In this document: piece after piece, positions 40,543-53,522 of the stretch
Layout: the number at the start of each line of letters is the position of its first letter
Numbering within the stretch: position 1 is the stretch's first letter
Origin: Toensbergia leucococca
Lineage: Eukaryota
Length of the DNA stretch: 61,049 nt
Assembly: GCA_022813965.1 (NCBI GenBank)
Contig: JALDZS010000147.1
Coordinates: 1 to 61,049 of the forward strand
Direction: 5' to 3'
Program-made: the position numbers and the translations under genes
The notes under the pieces: model-generated
What the model saw: the letters and a program-made list of their open reading frames with translations, nothing else
Database searches by the model: none
Told to the model about the DNA's origin: nothing

Positions 40543-42521
40543 ATGCCAACATTGTTCAAAGTAAATAGAAGACGTCGCAAGGTGGTCTTCATGTTCAGTA
40601 CAAATTCCGAGAAAACTTCTTCCGAGAATCTGCACCCAAGCCTGAGACCGAGCACACACAGTCTTGACGATGACATTCCATCCGAGCAGATCGATGACTT
40701 CAATAATCAAGATGAAATAGTCTCTGAAGACGACGTCGACTACCTTTTCCCAAGGGTGGACAACACAATGCCCAAAGAAGAAGAGGAAGAAGAAGACCAC
40801 CCAGCAGTGCCTGATCTGTTCATTTCTCTCCCCCCTATCCGTGACTTACTAAACACTGAAACATCGACCCTTCAAGATCGCACTGTTCAAGAGTGCCTGC
40901 CATTTCTTGCTGGGACAGAAGACTCAACCAAAAGTCCTTTCGATTATAATATAAATGGCCTACCAAAATTGGAACGCCAAGAACACATCGCTTATCTACA
41001 CGATAGCCTTGGAACGCTTCCAGCAAGATTTGTGGGACTCGATGCTAGTCGACCATGGGCCGTATACTGGGCACTGGCGGGTCTTTGCTTGCTTGGTGAG
41101 GATGTGACACAGTATCGAGAACAGTAAGTCCTACCCCCGGCGACAAGGTTATTCCAGAAACATCAATCATGGACTCCTTAGTATGAAGTTGCTCATGTAC
41201 GCTGACTTGAGCTTCGTACAGGGTAATACAAACTCTGTCCTCCATGCAGAATCCCGATGGAGGATTTGGTGGTGGCCACGGCCAAGTCTCACATTGCGCT
41301 CCATCTTATGCTGCAGTCCTAAGTCTAGCAATGGTCGGTGGTGCTGAAAGCCTCGACATGATTGACCGTAGATCAATGTAGGTCCTAAACAAAAGATATT
41401 CTTTTGCAACGCTTATGAACGGTTACATATTAGGTGGAGATGGCTAGGTGAACTCAAGCGAGCGGATGGTGGTTTCGTGGTTTTTGTCGGAGGCGAGAAG
41501 GATGTTCGGTATACCTCAAATGCCTACTTAATGGTTTTCAAGGTTGATACTTTACAGTGGCGCCTATTGCTCAATGGTCATGATCTCTTTGCTCAACTTG
41601 CCCTTAGAGCTGCCGCCTAATGCCCCTGCAAAGAAAGACGGTGTTGATTCCTTCATAGCTGGCCTGCCAGAGTATCTATCTCGTTGTATGCATTGCGATT
41701 TCTTTCCTTTTTAATATGAGCTGAGATCGGCTTTCAGGCCAAAGCTTCGAGGGTGGCATTTCCAGTGCGCCAGACAACGAGGCACACGGAGCATTCGCAT
41801 TTTGCGTGTTGGCATGCCTATGTATCCTTGGACCCCCCCACATAATTATTCCAAAGTAAGGCCGATAGAAATTCAATTTCGGGGACTGTGATTGACACTA
41901 TGTGTTTAGGCACCTGGATGTAACGCTCTTCACTTCCTGGCTTTCTGCCCGACAGTATGCTCCCGAGGGAGGCTTTTCTGGTCGCACGAATAAGCTTGTC
42001 GATGCCTGTTACAGTCATTGGGTTGGGGCTTGCTGGCCTTTGTTGGAGGCGGCCTTGAATGGGCCTCAAAATAGCGGGCAGCTAGCTGCATCCATTACAG
42101 GCTCGCTGTATAATCGTGAAGGGCTCATACGGTATATTTTGTCTTGCTGTCAATCAAAGGACGGTGGTCTACGAGATAAACCTAGCAAGTTAGCGGACTT
42201 GAATCCGAATTTGCTAGATGCTATACTGATATGCCAGTTAGACGTGTGGACTCTTATCATTCATGTTATGCGCTGGCTGGCCTCAGCAATGCGCAACACT
42301 ATCATTACTTTAAAGCTACAGACTCGAGGCAACCGGCGGATCATCTCGACTGGGCATTCCAGTGGGCCTATTTACCCGGTGTTCCATTGGCAGCCAACCA
42401 CGGAGACGAAGAGATATTCGATCCCGAAGATAGAGTTGCGCCTCTACACCCAATATACGTGATTCCTTGGGCAGATGTTGAGCGAACTCGCGTGTGGTTT
42501 TGCCAAAAAATGGGGTTCTAG
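40543..42521 (+). CDS. RAM1: Protein farnesyltransferase beta subunit (7 exons)
   Basis: Motifs LDASRPWAVYW, QNPDGGFGGG, EKDVRGAYC, NEAHGAFAFC, EGGFSGRTNKLVDACYSHW and GGLRDKPSKRVDSYH. Six GT-AG introns join in frame; start codon uncertain. Confidence 0.93.
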
Positions 42522-44353
42522 GAAGCATTTGAAATGATAAAGGGAATAGTGTTCATGTATAGTAGTAGCATCTGGGGCTTATGGCGCTTCTCGTCAATCA
42601 TGACTCAGGTTTCACAACCAATTTTTCCACTTTACGGGACGGCATGCATATATATACTTCTCAGACAGGTTAGACAGGCTACTGTACTTGTTGTACCTTG
42701 AAGCACCTCATTCGCCCCCGAGATAAAGGAGCGTGTACATGATGCGGTAGATCAATGCATAATGATGGATCTTGTGTGGCCCTGCTTAAATTAAACTCCA
42801 TCGAATTAGGGCTGTGAGTTTTGCGAAATGATGATGGATCGGGACTAGCGCCTACCGACTGCCTGGAATATCAGTTTCACTCCAAACTCGACATCACAGC
42901 ACATGCAACGAGTCGAAGGAAAGAGTGCCCCCATCTTTCTTGCCACTCATCGCAATTGTGTCTGGAAGCATACTGTCCATTCATGGGCTGCTGCATCATC
43001 GACTCTAGCTGCATGGGGCTTGCAATGCATGAGCGCATGCAAGTTGCCCACGGCGTGTAACAATAGGACCCCCTTCTGTCGATTTGACCCGGTAGGATTG
43101 CAGAGTCAGACCTATACGAGGCACTGTCAACATGTTCTATCGTGGTCGCATATCTTCTCCACAGCTCCCCATGAGCCCCATGCGGCATGCCCCATACACC
43201 ACTGCACCCGTTGCAACTTTGACCGGGCTGGGCTGACCCAAGACCTGACTCTTGAGCGATTAACGATCAGCGTTACCCGTGTCCAGTATCCTTTTCTGGC
43301 GTGCGACGCATAAGGTTTTTTGTTGGTCGGAGCGTGCAAGTGCATTGCCAACTCATCATCGCATGTGCACCGATGCAATGCTTGTCAAGATGACGGTACG
43401 CCCCAATTGTGCTGCCCGCCAATCCGGCGGCAACGTCTTCTGCCGTGGCCTACTGCTGAGCAGAGCCTAGATCGCCACTTCTAAGACCCTCTCTAATACT
43501 ATGATTCAAGGGCATGGGCTCATCTTCACGGAGAAACGGCCATCTCAAGTACGAGTCTTACAAGTTCCACTTCCGTTGGAATGAAATTCTTGGGCGATTT
43601 GGCCAAGCGCTAGCCGCAACTCTGGTTGAGTTTGTCTTCTGCTATTGGACTTGGTACAAGATTTTCGTGGGTACTGCGCTTGCTCCTGCATTAGCGAAGG
43701 GGGTCAAAACACCGCAGCGCAGTAGCCAGCCGTTCGTCGAATTCCCTGGGGTTCAGAGGAGTACATATCTCTCCCACTTTCTGCCTATGAGGGCCTTTCT
43801 CCTTGCGACTAGGCTCTCGTCCGCCTCTGACGCGCATTTCTAGCTACTACTCAATCGGATCGGCGTGAGCATGATGGTTCCCAGGCTGTTCTTGCCGGTT
43901 CGCAAAGTGGTAGATTCTTCACTGGTGGAAATGAAAGCCAACGCATCGCTATCGAAATATAGCCATTGAGCCGCAACAGGGACTCCGCTGCATCAATGTC
44001 CCGAGTATCCAATGCCCATCAAGTGTTCCTTTCTCCACTCTTTTATTGACTGTCACTCGGAACTACTTGCATCGATATAAAGTGAGGTTGAAGTCGGAAT
44101 GCCTTCAACCTGGTCTCCCACCTATCTTTCAATTCCGTGGCCTGCGTTTCTTCCTGATTAAGACTCAACATACTAATTGGAGCTGAAGCCAACGCCTAAA
44201 CCCTGCCTTCCCTTTAGTCTCGCATCAGCATAATTCTCAGTGTTACTGACCACTAAGGCAAGCATTGGGCATCAACGCCTATCCTCTGGCCAGCCATTTT
44301 CGTGCTTCAAGGATAGTGTTGACTATTCCGGACGTTTGTTTATACCGCTGGAT

Positions 44354-45100
44354 ATGTACTACATCCAGTATCTGTCCAGTCAGTTCATCCCTTTTCAGAC
44401 TTTCAGATGATCATATACCCTTTCCAGTACAGTGGCCGTTGTGCGTGTGGACTATTGGATCTCGGCATCTTCCCGAATGACCCAAAATCTCCTAGATCTC
44501 TGGTGCTTGGCCCACACCGACTTTCTGCATTACATGTCATGCTTCACCAGTCTCTGCAAAATTTCAAAGTACCCAGCCCCAACACTAGTTTGGCTGTGAT
44601 TCGCTCCGTTACTACTAGATAGCTTTCCAAACCTTAATCTAACAGGCAGTGACTGGATGCTGACTGCTGAATGGCTAGGCCTGTGTCGCCGTCGTCAATG
44701 GCCCGACCCCTTGTACGAATCATATAGCTCCAACGCTGGCTTCACTTGCGTCGCACGTGTCAATAACCGCGAGTACCAGACCGACACGACCTATCGGAGC
44801 GAAGGACTCGCTCGCGAGAATGCCGCGATGCGCGCCTATCTGATCTGCCGTAACTTTTCTGTCAACGACGGCATGTACCCCTCTGGCCATAATAGGGGAG
44901 CTGTCTTGCAAGGATTACCGGTGGCTATCGGAACAGAACGGAGGAGTGTTTATGTCGAGGACGTGGATACTTCTGCCAGCAGCGGGAGTCGTAGCGGCGG
45001 TAGCAGTCCAAGGAGTTATGAAAGTATTGCCTCATATGGGAACAGCCGCCGTGTCAGCAGCGGGGGAAGAGCCCTGAGATACAGCAGCAAGCGATACTGA
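44354..45100 (+). CDS. Small protein with one dsRNA-binding-domain-like fold and a Ser/Gly/Arg tail
   Basis: Exon 1 44354-44378 (MYYIQYLS) plus exon 2 from 44679 gives LCRRRQWPDPLYE..FTCVARVNNREY..ARENAAMRAY, an alpha-beta-beta-beta-alpha dsRBD pattern. Intron is 300 nt. Confidence 0.75.
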
Positions 45101-46047
45101 TTGCTGCTTTTGCTGGCTCCAAGGCTACTAATGGAAATCTTGCTTCGACTACCTGCGTATTTCATGGCCATGACGCTATAACGACCTGTCATCAATCCGC
45201 AACCTATGCCCATAATCTACGACTCATGGATTCACGACCTGTTCACTCACGACCTAACGATTTTAACGACACGTATGATTTAGAATAATGGGCATCTTTC
45301 TTGAGCGCTGAAGCGTTGCATTGCTTATTGAGTGGACTATTCCTAGGTTTCTGTGTAGTACAAGGGGAGGATTTTGAATGTTGTGTACCTAGAGAGTTTT
45401 TGTCATTTCAAGGGGGAGCATATCTTTCTTAGCATGGTCCTTTTTTCCAAAATTGCCCCATTCGTTTCTTAGATGTAGAGGCTGAGCTATCATGAGATGT
45501 AACCATGACAGGGGCTGCAGCGATAGCTATAGAACCATTGAATGCGAGAACACATTTCTCTCCCTCTCGAGAGACAAGATGAGTGACTCATATTGAGCCT
45601 CCACAGCCCATCGTCGCTTACCCCCAGTCCTTTCACCTTCCCCCGATTTTCTCTCCACTATTTTCGTCCAGCTCGTTCTCATTGTTAGTGATCCACGTGG
45701 ATTTTGTCGGGGCTTGCGATAGCTTTAATGCATCGCAGTATGCTGACTTGGAGAGTGGAACAGACGAGCGGGAAGACGGTGGCGGCGGCTCTGGCTGTGA
45801 TTCGCGGATTGCATGTCTGGGTGGGCCATGGAGCTTCGAAGCTAGTTTAGGGCGTTCGATGCCATTCGGGGCTAAAGTGCTCGCTTGCCCTTTTCGAGTG
45901 TGTTTTTCTTTGCTCTGGAAGGGTGTGGTGGTGCATTCCTTTCACGACGGGCAATTGATGACGAACTCCTTTCTCTTTGGTATTCCTGGAGGGGTGGCAC
46001 TGGATGCAGACGTGATGGGTGAGTCTGGAGATTTGTTTTCGTTTTGC

Positions 46048-46686
46048 TCAGGTAGTCATTGTCTTCTCGATGTGCTGTTTGCTTGGATCTTTCCTGGACT
46101 TTTTGGTTTTCTTCTTTGGCCCTGTGGCTGTCTTGGTTAGTGCTTGTAGGGAGTCTGCGATGGTATGGATCTCGTCGTGGGCATCTTGATTGAGAGGCTT
46201 GAGAGCAGTGGCCGTGGCTCCAATCCCGGATTCTGCTCGTTCTCTCTTGGTACGTCTTGCAAGCCTCCTTGCCTTTCTTTCCTCCCTCGTCTCCTTCCTT
46301 TGTCGATCTCGTCCCCCTTTCCCCTCCCTTTTACCCTCCTCGGAATTCTCTCCCGCAATCGTCCCCGCCAGCCCCTGCCCCCTAACAAATCCAGCATACA
46401 ACCCTCTAAACCTCCCAGCATCGCTCTTGACCATATCTAAACCCCCGTTCGTAACCGTCTGCACCACCTTCCCTTCCTCCGAGGTATCCAGACCTTTTAG
46501 CGTCTTGTCGAAGGCGTTCAGCCACCACATGTCGCTAGTCTTGTGCTGGATCTTGCCCACGCCATTGTTGTTGCGCTTTTGGGAAACTAGCAGGGGGCTG
46601 GAAAGACCGGAGGTGTCGGTCGAGGGATGGAGGGAATGGCCGGAGCCGCGCCAGCCTTGGGAGCGGAGGAGGAGATTGGCGTTCAT
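46048..46686 (-). CDS. G-patch-like ribosome biogenesis protein (Tma23-like)
   Basis: LLRSQGWRGSGHSL..GVGK..SDMWWLNAFD..LYAGFVRGQGLAGT followed by a K/R/E-rich tail. Confidence 0.75.
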   Translation of the reverse strand: MNANLLLRSQGWRGSGHSLHPSTDTSGLSSPLLVSQKRNNNGVGKIQHKTSDMWWLNAFDKTLKGLDTSEEGKVVQTVTNGGLDMVKSDAGRFRGLYAGFVRGQGLAGTIAGENSEEGKREGKGGRDRQRKETREERKARRLARRTKRERAESGIGATATALKPLNQDAHDEIHTIADSLQALTKTATGPKKKTKKSRKDPSKQHIEKTMTT

Positions 46687-46832
46687 GCTTGTACGGTAAA
46701 GTAGGAATTTTCAGGTCCAGGAGCTTCTTGTGAGTCAGCTAGTCATTATGTGCCGAGATAATTGAGATGACCCCATGCGCTCGTAGTATTTTTTATAAGT
46801 GATGGCACATGGAGCTTGGTGGGAGATAATCC

Positions 46833-46860
46833 ATTGATTCATTGATTCATTGATTCATTG
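46833..46860. repeat. (ATTGATTC) x3.5 tandem repeat in the divergent promoter
   Basis: Direct reading. Confidence 0.9.
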
Positions 46861-47094
46861 AAAGAAAAAAAGGGCAAACTTGACGTTGTGCGGCGAGAAA
46901 TCTCAGCCCTACGAAACTCATTGTTCTGAAATATGACCTCACACGCGCCCAATGGGGCACACTGTTTGATTGGGCTAATCTTGTTTCCTTGGCTTCTCCG
47001 GCAAACAGGCTTCGTTCCTAGAGAGCACTTGAGTCTTGGAGATGCCTCGTAGGTCAGAGGAGCTTGACTTGATACCTGAACACTACGCTTCGAA

Positions 47095-48811
47095 ATGCAA
47101 AAGCAGCCTTTTAGGGCAGCATCTGCATTGCTTACAACCTCGCGACCAAGGCCTCATTTCAATGGCTGTGCTGCTAACTACCGGTCACCACCGGACTATG
47201 AGATCCTGAAACGTGTGCAATGCCGTACGATATCGAAATCAACATGCCACCTCGCAAATGATAGCCACACAGCAGAGGCGAAGAAACTCAATCAAAAGGG
47301 GCTGGAAGATCAAGAGTCGCAGCTCGATGACGCCATTGCACAAGAGAAAGAGAAGCAGATCAGATCTCCATGGCTCCGAGAAGGCTCAGATGTGCCGCCG
47401 GTGGCCCGACAACGCTCCGCTGGAGCCATGACTAAAGGTGTGAATCCAATCTCGTCTCAAAGTTATGAGTACATATTGATGTTGGTGTAGGCAAACTTTT
47501 AACGACGCCTTCTAGACTACTCAAGCTCGTACTACCTCTTACTACACTGGACAAGAATTCAGATAGGAAAGACGTCGAACCTTTGGCACTTCTTGTGCAC
47601 CCACAACAACCCCTTTCTTATCTTGAACGCCTTATTCAATCCGAGCTACCGACTATCAGGAACGCGCAAGGCGAGGATAAGATTCCAGCAGTCCATTTCA
47701 GAGCAGAAGATTCTGCGCATGACGAAATCGAGGCAAAGAAAAAGACTCCGAGTGAAGAAGCCGAAGAGGAACGAAACAATGACAAAAATCAGGGCGATCT
47801 AGAGGAGACTCACTTTGATGGACAGGTCGAAATGACCGGGAAGCTGAACAGGGCTAAGAAGCAAGAAGCTGCAGATCTGCGTGGCGGTCCAGGCGAGGGG
47901 GGCGTAGAGAGCTATAGTGGCGCTGGCCACGAAGCACAATCACCTAATGACAGCAACGAAAAGAAATTTGTTCGCTGGTCTGCTTCTACCGAAATCGGTG
48001 ACTTTATTAGGGATGCTGCTCGAGGCAAGGAATTTGCCGTCGAAATTGAGGGGTCTTCGGAGGATATCCGGGTCGGGGTACCCTCATTCAATGATAGGAC
48101 GCATTATTTACGAATGAGGTTGCGGAAGACGTCAAAGAAGATTATGGACATGGCGGCGATTAAGAAAGAGTGTGACCACGCTGCACATCGAGGTGCACGT
48201 CGAGTAGCGTTGGGAGGTTTTGGTATCTTGATAGGATGGTGGTATGCTGTTTTTCGACTGACATTCGAGACGGATCTTGGATGGGACTTTATGGCAAGTG
48301 GACTTCCAGTCTATCTTGACAATCTGCAGATATAGTGTCTTAAATTAACCTTTCTCCTTAGGAACCTGTTACAGTAAGCATTCGCAAATACATGGTGTCT
48401 ATGGAATAGACGCTTTTGAAGAATTTTATCCGATGCAGATAGATTTCTTTACTGATATAAGAGTAGTATCTTGTCAGTCTCTCAGCGCTGATGTGCGGTT
48501 ACCTTTGGTTTTTATATCACAACCGAGAGGTTTCTTACCGCGCCGCCCTAAACGTTACGATCAGCAATCGGCAGACTAAGCTTTACCAAGCCAAGGGATT
48601 CGATCTGCACAAATGGGAGACCATCATTGAAGAAGGGAACGCGTTACGCAAAGAGATCAAGGCGGTGGCAAGCGAATATGATGTCGACTGGGATGAAACG
48701 GCAGACGAGCAGGACAAGAAGGTCACGGAAGCGCTGAAAAAGCATCGAGATGCGATGAAAGAGAGCAGGGGTGGGAAGAACAAGAAAGATGGTGACGAAG
48801 ATGAGGAGTGA
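47095..48811 (+). CDS. MCU: Mitochondrial calcium uniporter (4 exons)
   Basis: Arg-rich presequence, [32 protein letters not shown], two transmembrane helices around WDFMEPVTY, then YHNREVSY. Introns 47438-47490, 48294-48361 (GC-AG) and 48374-48466. Confidence 0.93.
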
Positions 48812-49268
48812 TGGGATCACAAGCGGTTCTACGTTTGAAAACCTGGGTAGGGCTTCAAGTTGATGGTGCTTGATGCTGTTCTTTTGGGCGGTGTGCGTAT
48901 ACCCTAAGCGTTAGTATCATTGCAGAAACCAATTTCATCTGTACAAAGCATACTATTACACTGTGTAGCATCTCAAAGGCCATCACGAACGAAAAATGTA
49001 CATTACAGCAGCGTCACTGGCGTCGCCAATGCATCCCCTTGTACGAGTATATACTGACTAATATTACATACACAGATTGACGATAACGATAAGAAGTAAT
49101 AGATTACAGTATTGACAAGGTTGAAGGTATCCATACCGTGAGCTCATTAAAGCAACGAGTAAAGCCTCTAAAGTTTCGATCAAACGTGCAGGTAGAGTAG
49201 ACCTCACCCCCTCAATAAGAGAAGATCCTCCTCGACCACAACAGCACCTGAACCCGCTCCGACACAAT

Positions 49269-51080
49269 ATGTCCGAAATCCCCCTCCTAGCACTCCTAGC
49301 CCTCTTCATCCTCTTCCTCTACACCTATATCATCCACCCAGCACTCCTCTCACCCCTCTCTAAACTTCCCAAAGCTCACCCGACCGCCTCCTTCTCTCCC
49401 CTCTGGATCCTATGGAATCGAGCCCGTGCCAGCGAGAACGCCGCCATCTACGCTTCTCATAACAAGCACGGCTCCATCGTCCGCCTGGCACCGAATGAGA
49501 TTAGCGTCAATTGTGTTGAGGGAGGTATTCGGAGTGTTTACAGCGGGGGATTTGAGAAGCATGAGTGGTATCCCAATTTGTTTGGGAATTACGGGTTTGT
49601 CGACCGTCCCCTTTTACTTTTTTGTATTCTCTTTCATTTGCTGGCTCCTATCTTTTATCAATTTCCAACCAACAACTGAATCAAAAGAAAGAGTCCCAAA
49701 CATGTTCTCCACCGCTCCATCCCCCCCACACTCAGCCCGAAAACGCATGCTCTCAAATATCTACTCCAAATCCCACCTCCAATCCTCCCCGCATATGCAC
49801 ACCATTTCGCACACCCTCCTCTTCTCTCGCTTCCTACCCATCCTCTCCGCTGCCAGCCAATCCAATCGACCCGTAGAAGTCCACGAGCTCCATTTCGCTG
49901 TGACGATGGATTTCATCACTGCCTACATTTTCGGGCTGGGCAACGCTTCGAATTTCCTACAGGATCTTGAGGAGCGCAAGCGCTGGTTGAGACTGTATCA
50001 GAGCCGACGAACGTGGCGTTTCGTGCCGCAGGAGCTTCCTACCGTGACGGCCTTGCTAGCAAAGCTAGGGCTACCCAAATGGATCAGAGCAGCGAACCAG
50101 GAGATAGAAGCCTGGTGCCTAAACATGTGTAGCAACGCGGCTCGATCCCTAAAGACAATCTCAGAAATACCGTCGACCACCTCAGAAGTCCCCAACACCC
50201 CCCCGATAGTCTACACCCAACTACATGACTCACTCGCCCGATCCCCCTCTCCGAACCAGTACCCACACAACCTCCTCCTCGCCTCGGAGCTCCTAGACCA
50301 CCTTGCTGCCGGTCACGAAACAAGCGGCATAACATTAACCTACCTCCTCTGGGAATTATCTCATCATCCATCTCTCCAACAACGCCTTCGCACCGAATTT
50401 CTCTCCCTCTCCCCACCCCTTACCTACCCCACCCAAAGCTCCTCTCTCCCCTCCCCCCGGACACTAGACTTCCTTCCCCTCCTCAACAGCATCCTCCTCG
50501 AAACTCTCCGTCTGCACGCCGCAATCCCAGGCCCCCAACCGCGCATCACCCCCTCCCCGTCTACAATCCTTGGCGGCTATTCCAATCTCCCTCCCAACGT
50601 CCGAGTCAGCGCAAGCGCCTATTCCCTGCATCGAAACCCGGTGGTATTCCCGGAGCCCGAGGATTGGAAGCCGGAACGCTGGCTTGATGCGAGTGAGGGG
50701 GAGAGAGAGGAAATGAGTCGGTGGTTTTGGGCGTTTGGGAGCGGGGGGAGGATGTGTGTTGGGAGTCATTTTGCGGTTCAAGGTTGGTTGTTATATTTCA
50801 CCCTTTTTCTTCAGATTTGTTCACCTCCTTTCCGCTGATCCGTACTCACCCTCAATTGTTCTCCTTTGTGCCCTTTGAAAACAAGTGTTTAAGTAGGGTC
50901 AGGGGAAAGTGCCAGAATGCTGACCTAGCGGGTGTGAAAACAGAAATCAAACTCATCGTCGCGGCCATCTATACGAATTTCACGACCAGCATTGTGGATG
51001 ATACCGGCATCGAGCAAGAAGATCGGTACACAGCCGGACCCGAGGGCAACCAGCTCGTATTGAAGTTTGAGCGGGTGTGA
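49269..51080 (+). CDS. Cytochrome P450 monooxygenase (3 exons)
   Basis: N-terminal anchor, VRLAPNEIS, AGHETS (I-helix), ETLR, PERW and FGSGGRMCVG heme motif. Introns ~49595-49691 and ~50782-50943. Confidence 0.93.
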
Positions 51081-52358
51081 AAAGCGAGTATCTCGCTCTA
51101 CGTTGACTTTTGTTTTTTTCGTAGTGGGAGAGTCAAGCTTCCAGGTCACAAATTATATTGTTGTCCCTAGGAGCCCATCATAGTTCCCCCCCAAAGAAAA
51201 AAACCAACAAAGTGAGGGAAAAGAAAAAAAAGGGGTCAGACCAAAGAAACCTAGGAAAATCACCTGAATACATCTATCCCAATTCCACGAAAAATCACAA
51301 AAAAATTTCACTTTCTCACACCCGATATCCCCTCCACAATCGCAGACCTAAAAAAAAACTCCAATCAAAATAAAAACGCCCAATCCGCTATCCCATCTCC
51401 CAATCCCCCCCCCTCCCCTCACCCACCTAACTCCTCCCAAACCCCCATCGGCCTCCACCTCTTTTCTTCTCTCCACCCCATCCCCCCCCCTAACAATCCA
51501 CCCCGCGAAACTCCCGCCCAAGACCCCCACCAGACCAAATCCTCCTCCCAACCCCTCAAACACGACCCCAAGAAAAACCCCACAAAGCCATAAAAAAGGC
51601 AAAAGGCAAAAGGCAAAAAACAAATCTCTACCTTTGAGTCCCAAAGCCATGGGATCAGGACCCTCCCCCCGTTTTTCCTCACCCGGACTCTCCGGCATTC
51701 GTGGGGTCTGTTGTATGTGGCGAAGTCGAGGACCTGGGGGCTGGAATTAGTTTTTTTTTTTTTTTGGAGGGGGGGGGGGTTCTGGGGGGAGTGGGGAGTT
51801 GTCGTATGGGATGAGTGGGGATAGGTGGGGAGTTGTGTGTGGGATGAGTGGATCCGGATAGGGTAGGGGGGGAGGGAAGTAATGAATCGAGGAGGGTTGG
51901 AGTCGTTGACAATGATTGGAAAATTTGTATGCAAGATGTGGAGTTTTCTGTTGGATTGGTGGTCTTTTTATAAGGGGGAGGCTGGGCTGGAAAAGGGGGG
52001 GGGGATATGAAGTTGGGAGGAAGGGATCGAGATATAATAAATGAGCGTGTATGGATCTTGGCGCTAGTCGAGGGATCAGGCACACAGACGGGAGGGGGTT
52101 CTTGATAGAAGAAATTCAAGCCTATGTTATGACAGGTATTCTGTGTTTTGTACCTAGCGAAGAGCTGTGTGCTCGATTTTAAAAAGTAACAAGAATAACT
52201 GAAGATACACCTCGCCAAAGGCGCCTTTAGTGAAATCCATAATAGAGGATCTCAAAGGTGACTCAGGCCACGCGAATAGTGTTTTCGCCAGTAGAATTTC
52301 AACGAGAGCTTCCTGGCTGTCACTGATGCCTTACTTTCAAGCCTACAAGACCTTGAAC

Positions 52359-53522
52359 TCACTCACAAACCATATCTCCATACCCCACGACCTCCACCTC
52401 CTCTTTTGCCTCCCTATGCCTCTTCACCCGCTCATCCCACGCCTCCCATCTCGCCCACCACCCTTCCCAAACAACCTGCGTATCATCCGTCAACTGCGAC
52501 ATGGTCTCCAAGAGCTCCAGCGTTTTTCTAAGCTCCCGCATCGCTTTCTTGGCAAGATCTTTTGTGTTTGCAAAGACTCGCAGTTCCGCTTCGCCGACGT
52601 ACAGATTCTCTACCGGATGGCGGGAGGCGAGGGCATGTTTCCAATGAGGAGTACTGGGATCACGAGGGCCGGGGATGTTAGCGAGGTATGTCTCGAATGG
52701 GAGGCTGTAGAGGGAAGCGTTGGGCTCGGCGGTCTGGAGAATGAAGTCATTCAAGGTATTGGTAGCGAGGTCTCCCTTGGAATTATCCGTTTGGGTTTTT
52801 GTGATCTCGCTCCTAACGCTTTCGGTATCATTTTCGCTGTCAGCCTTGATTGTTAGGGTGTTGCCTTCGCGGCATATTTGCAGGAGGCGATGGACAAAGT
52901 TTCGAAGCTCCATAGCAACGGGCTTGAGATCTTCGAAGATGCGGACGAAGACGTGCGCGTAATTTCCGTCTATCCGGCCGATCTTGGAAAGGGCTTTATA
53001 CAGTTTGCGATACCTACTGGAATTGGTGAATTCACGAGACGTGTAGAGGCGGGCTGGTAGGTTGGTTAGCTGGTGGGATTTGAGTAATGTCAAGCGTTGT
53101 GGTGTGATGGATATAGTCATTGTTTAGGACCTAGGACAGAGTGAAGAGGGCTTACTGAGGTAGGAGTCATTTTGTAACAGGTATTTGATCCGCCAGGACC
53201 AGTGCTCAATGTCCTCTTGGAGAACAAGGAACATATCTCGAAGGCCTTCCAACGGGAGATAGAACGACGACGAAGCGCGAGTGTTTTGTATTCCTGGGAC
53301 CGTTGGTGCCGTGAACATGCTGCCACCTGCCAGGCAAGCTGACTCCAATGTAATGTTCAGATAGCCAAGCACACAGAGCATAGCTTCGAATTTGGAGTCT
53401 GGAGCAGATTTGCGACGTAAGATGTCGAAGAACACTGTAGGCGGTATGGGCTCAAAGCCTTCGCCATTGTTTGGATGAATATTCGAGCGCGCCATGCGGG
53501 CAATAACTTCGGATTGATCCAT
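52359..53522 (-). CDS. Hypothetical protein (2 exons)
   Basis: ORFs 53522-53124 and 53120-52359 join in frame through intron 53155-53054 (GTAAGC..CTAAC..CAG), giving DSYLTRLYTSREF. Confidence 0.65.

Noticed and set aside
40009..40800. 263-aa ORF on the - strand
   Set aside because: Overlaps RAM1 exon 1 in antisense and the divergent promoter; no protein-like features.
43011..43183. 10-bp inverted repeat GCATGGGGCT/AGCCCCATGC in a TGCA-rich stretch
   Set aside because: Too short, with no target-site duplication or second copy; insufficient for a MITE call.
45583..46140. 185-aa ORF on the + strand, or readthrough extension of the G-patch gene
   Set aside because: No motif; the sequence after the TGA at 46048 is not convincingly coding in any frame.
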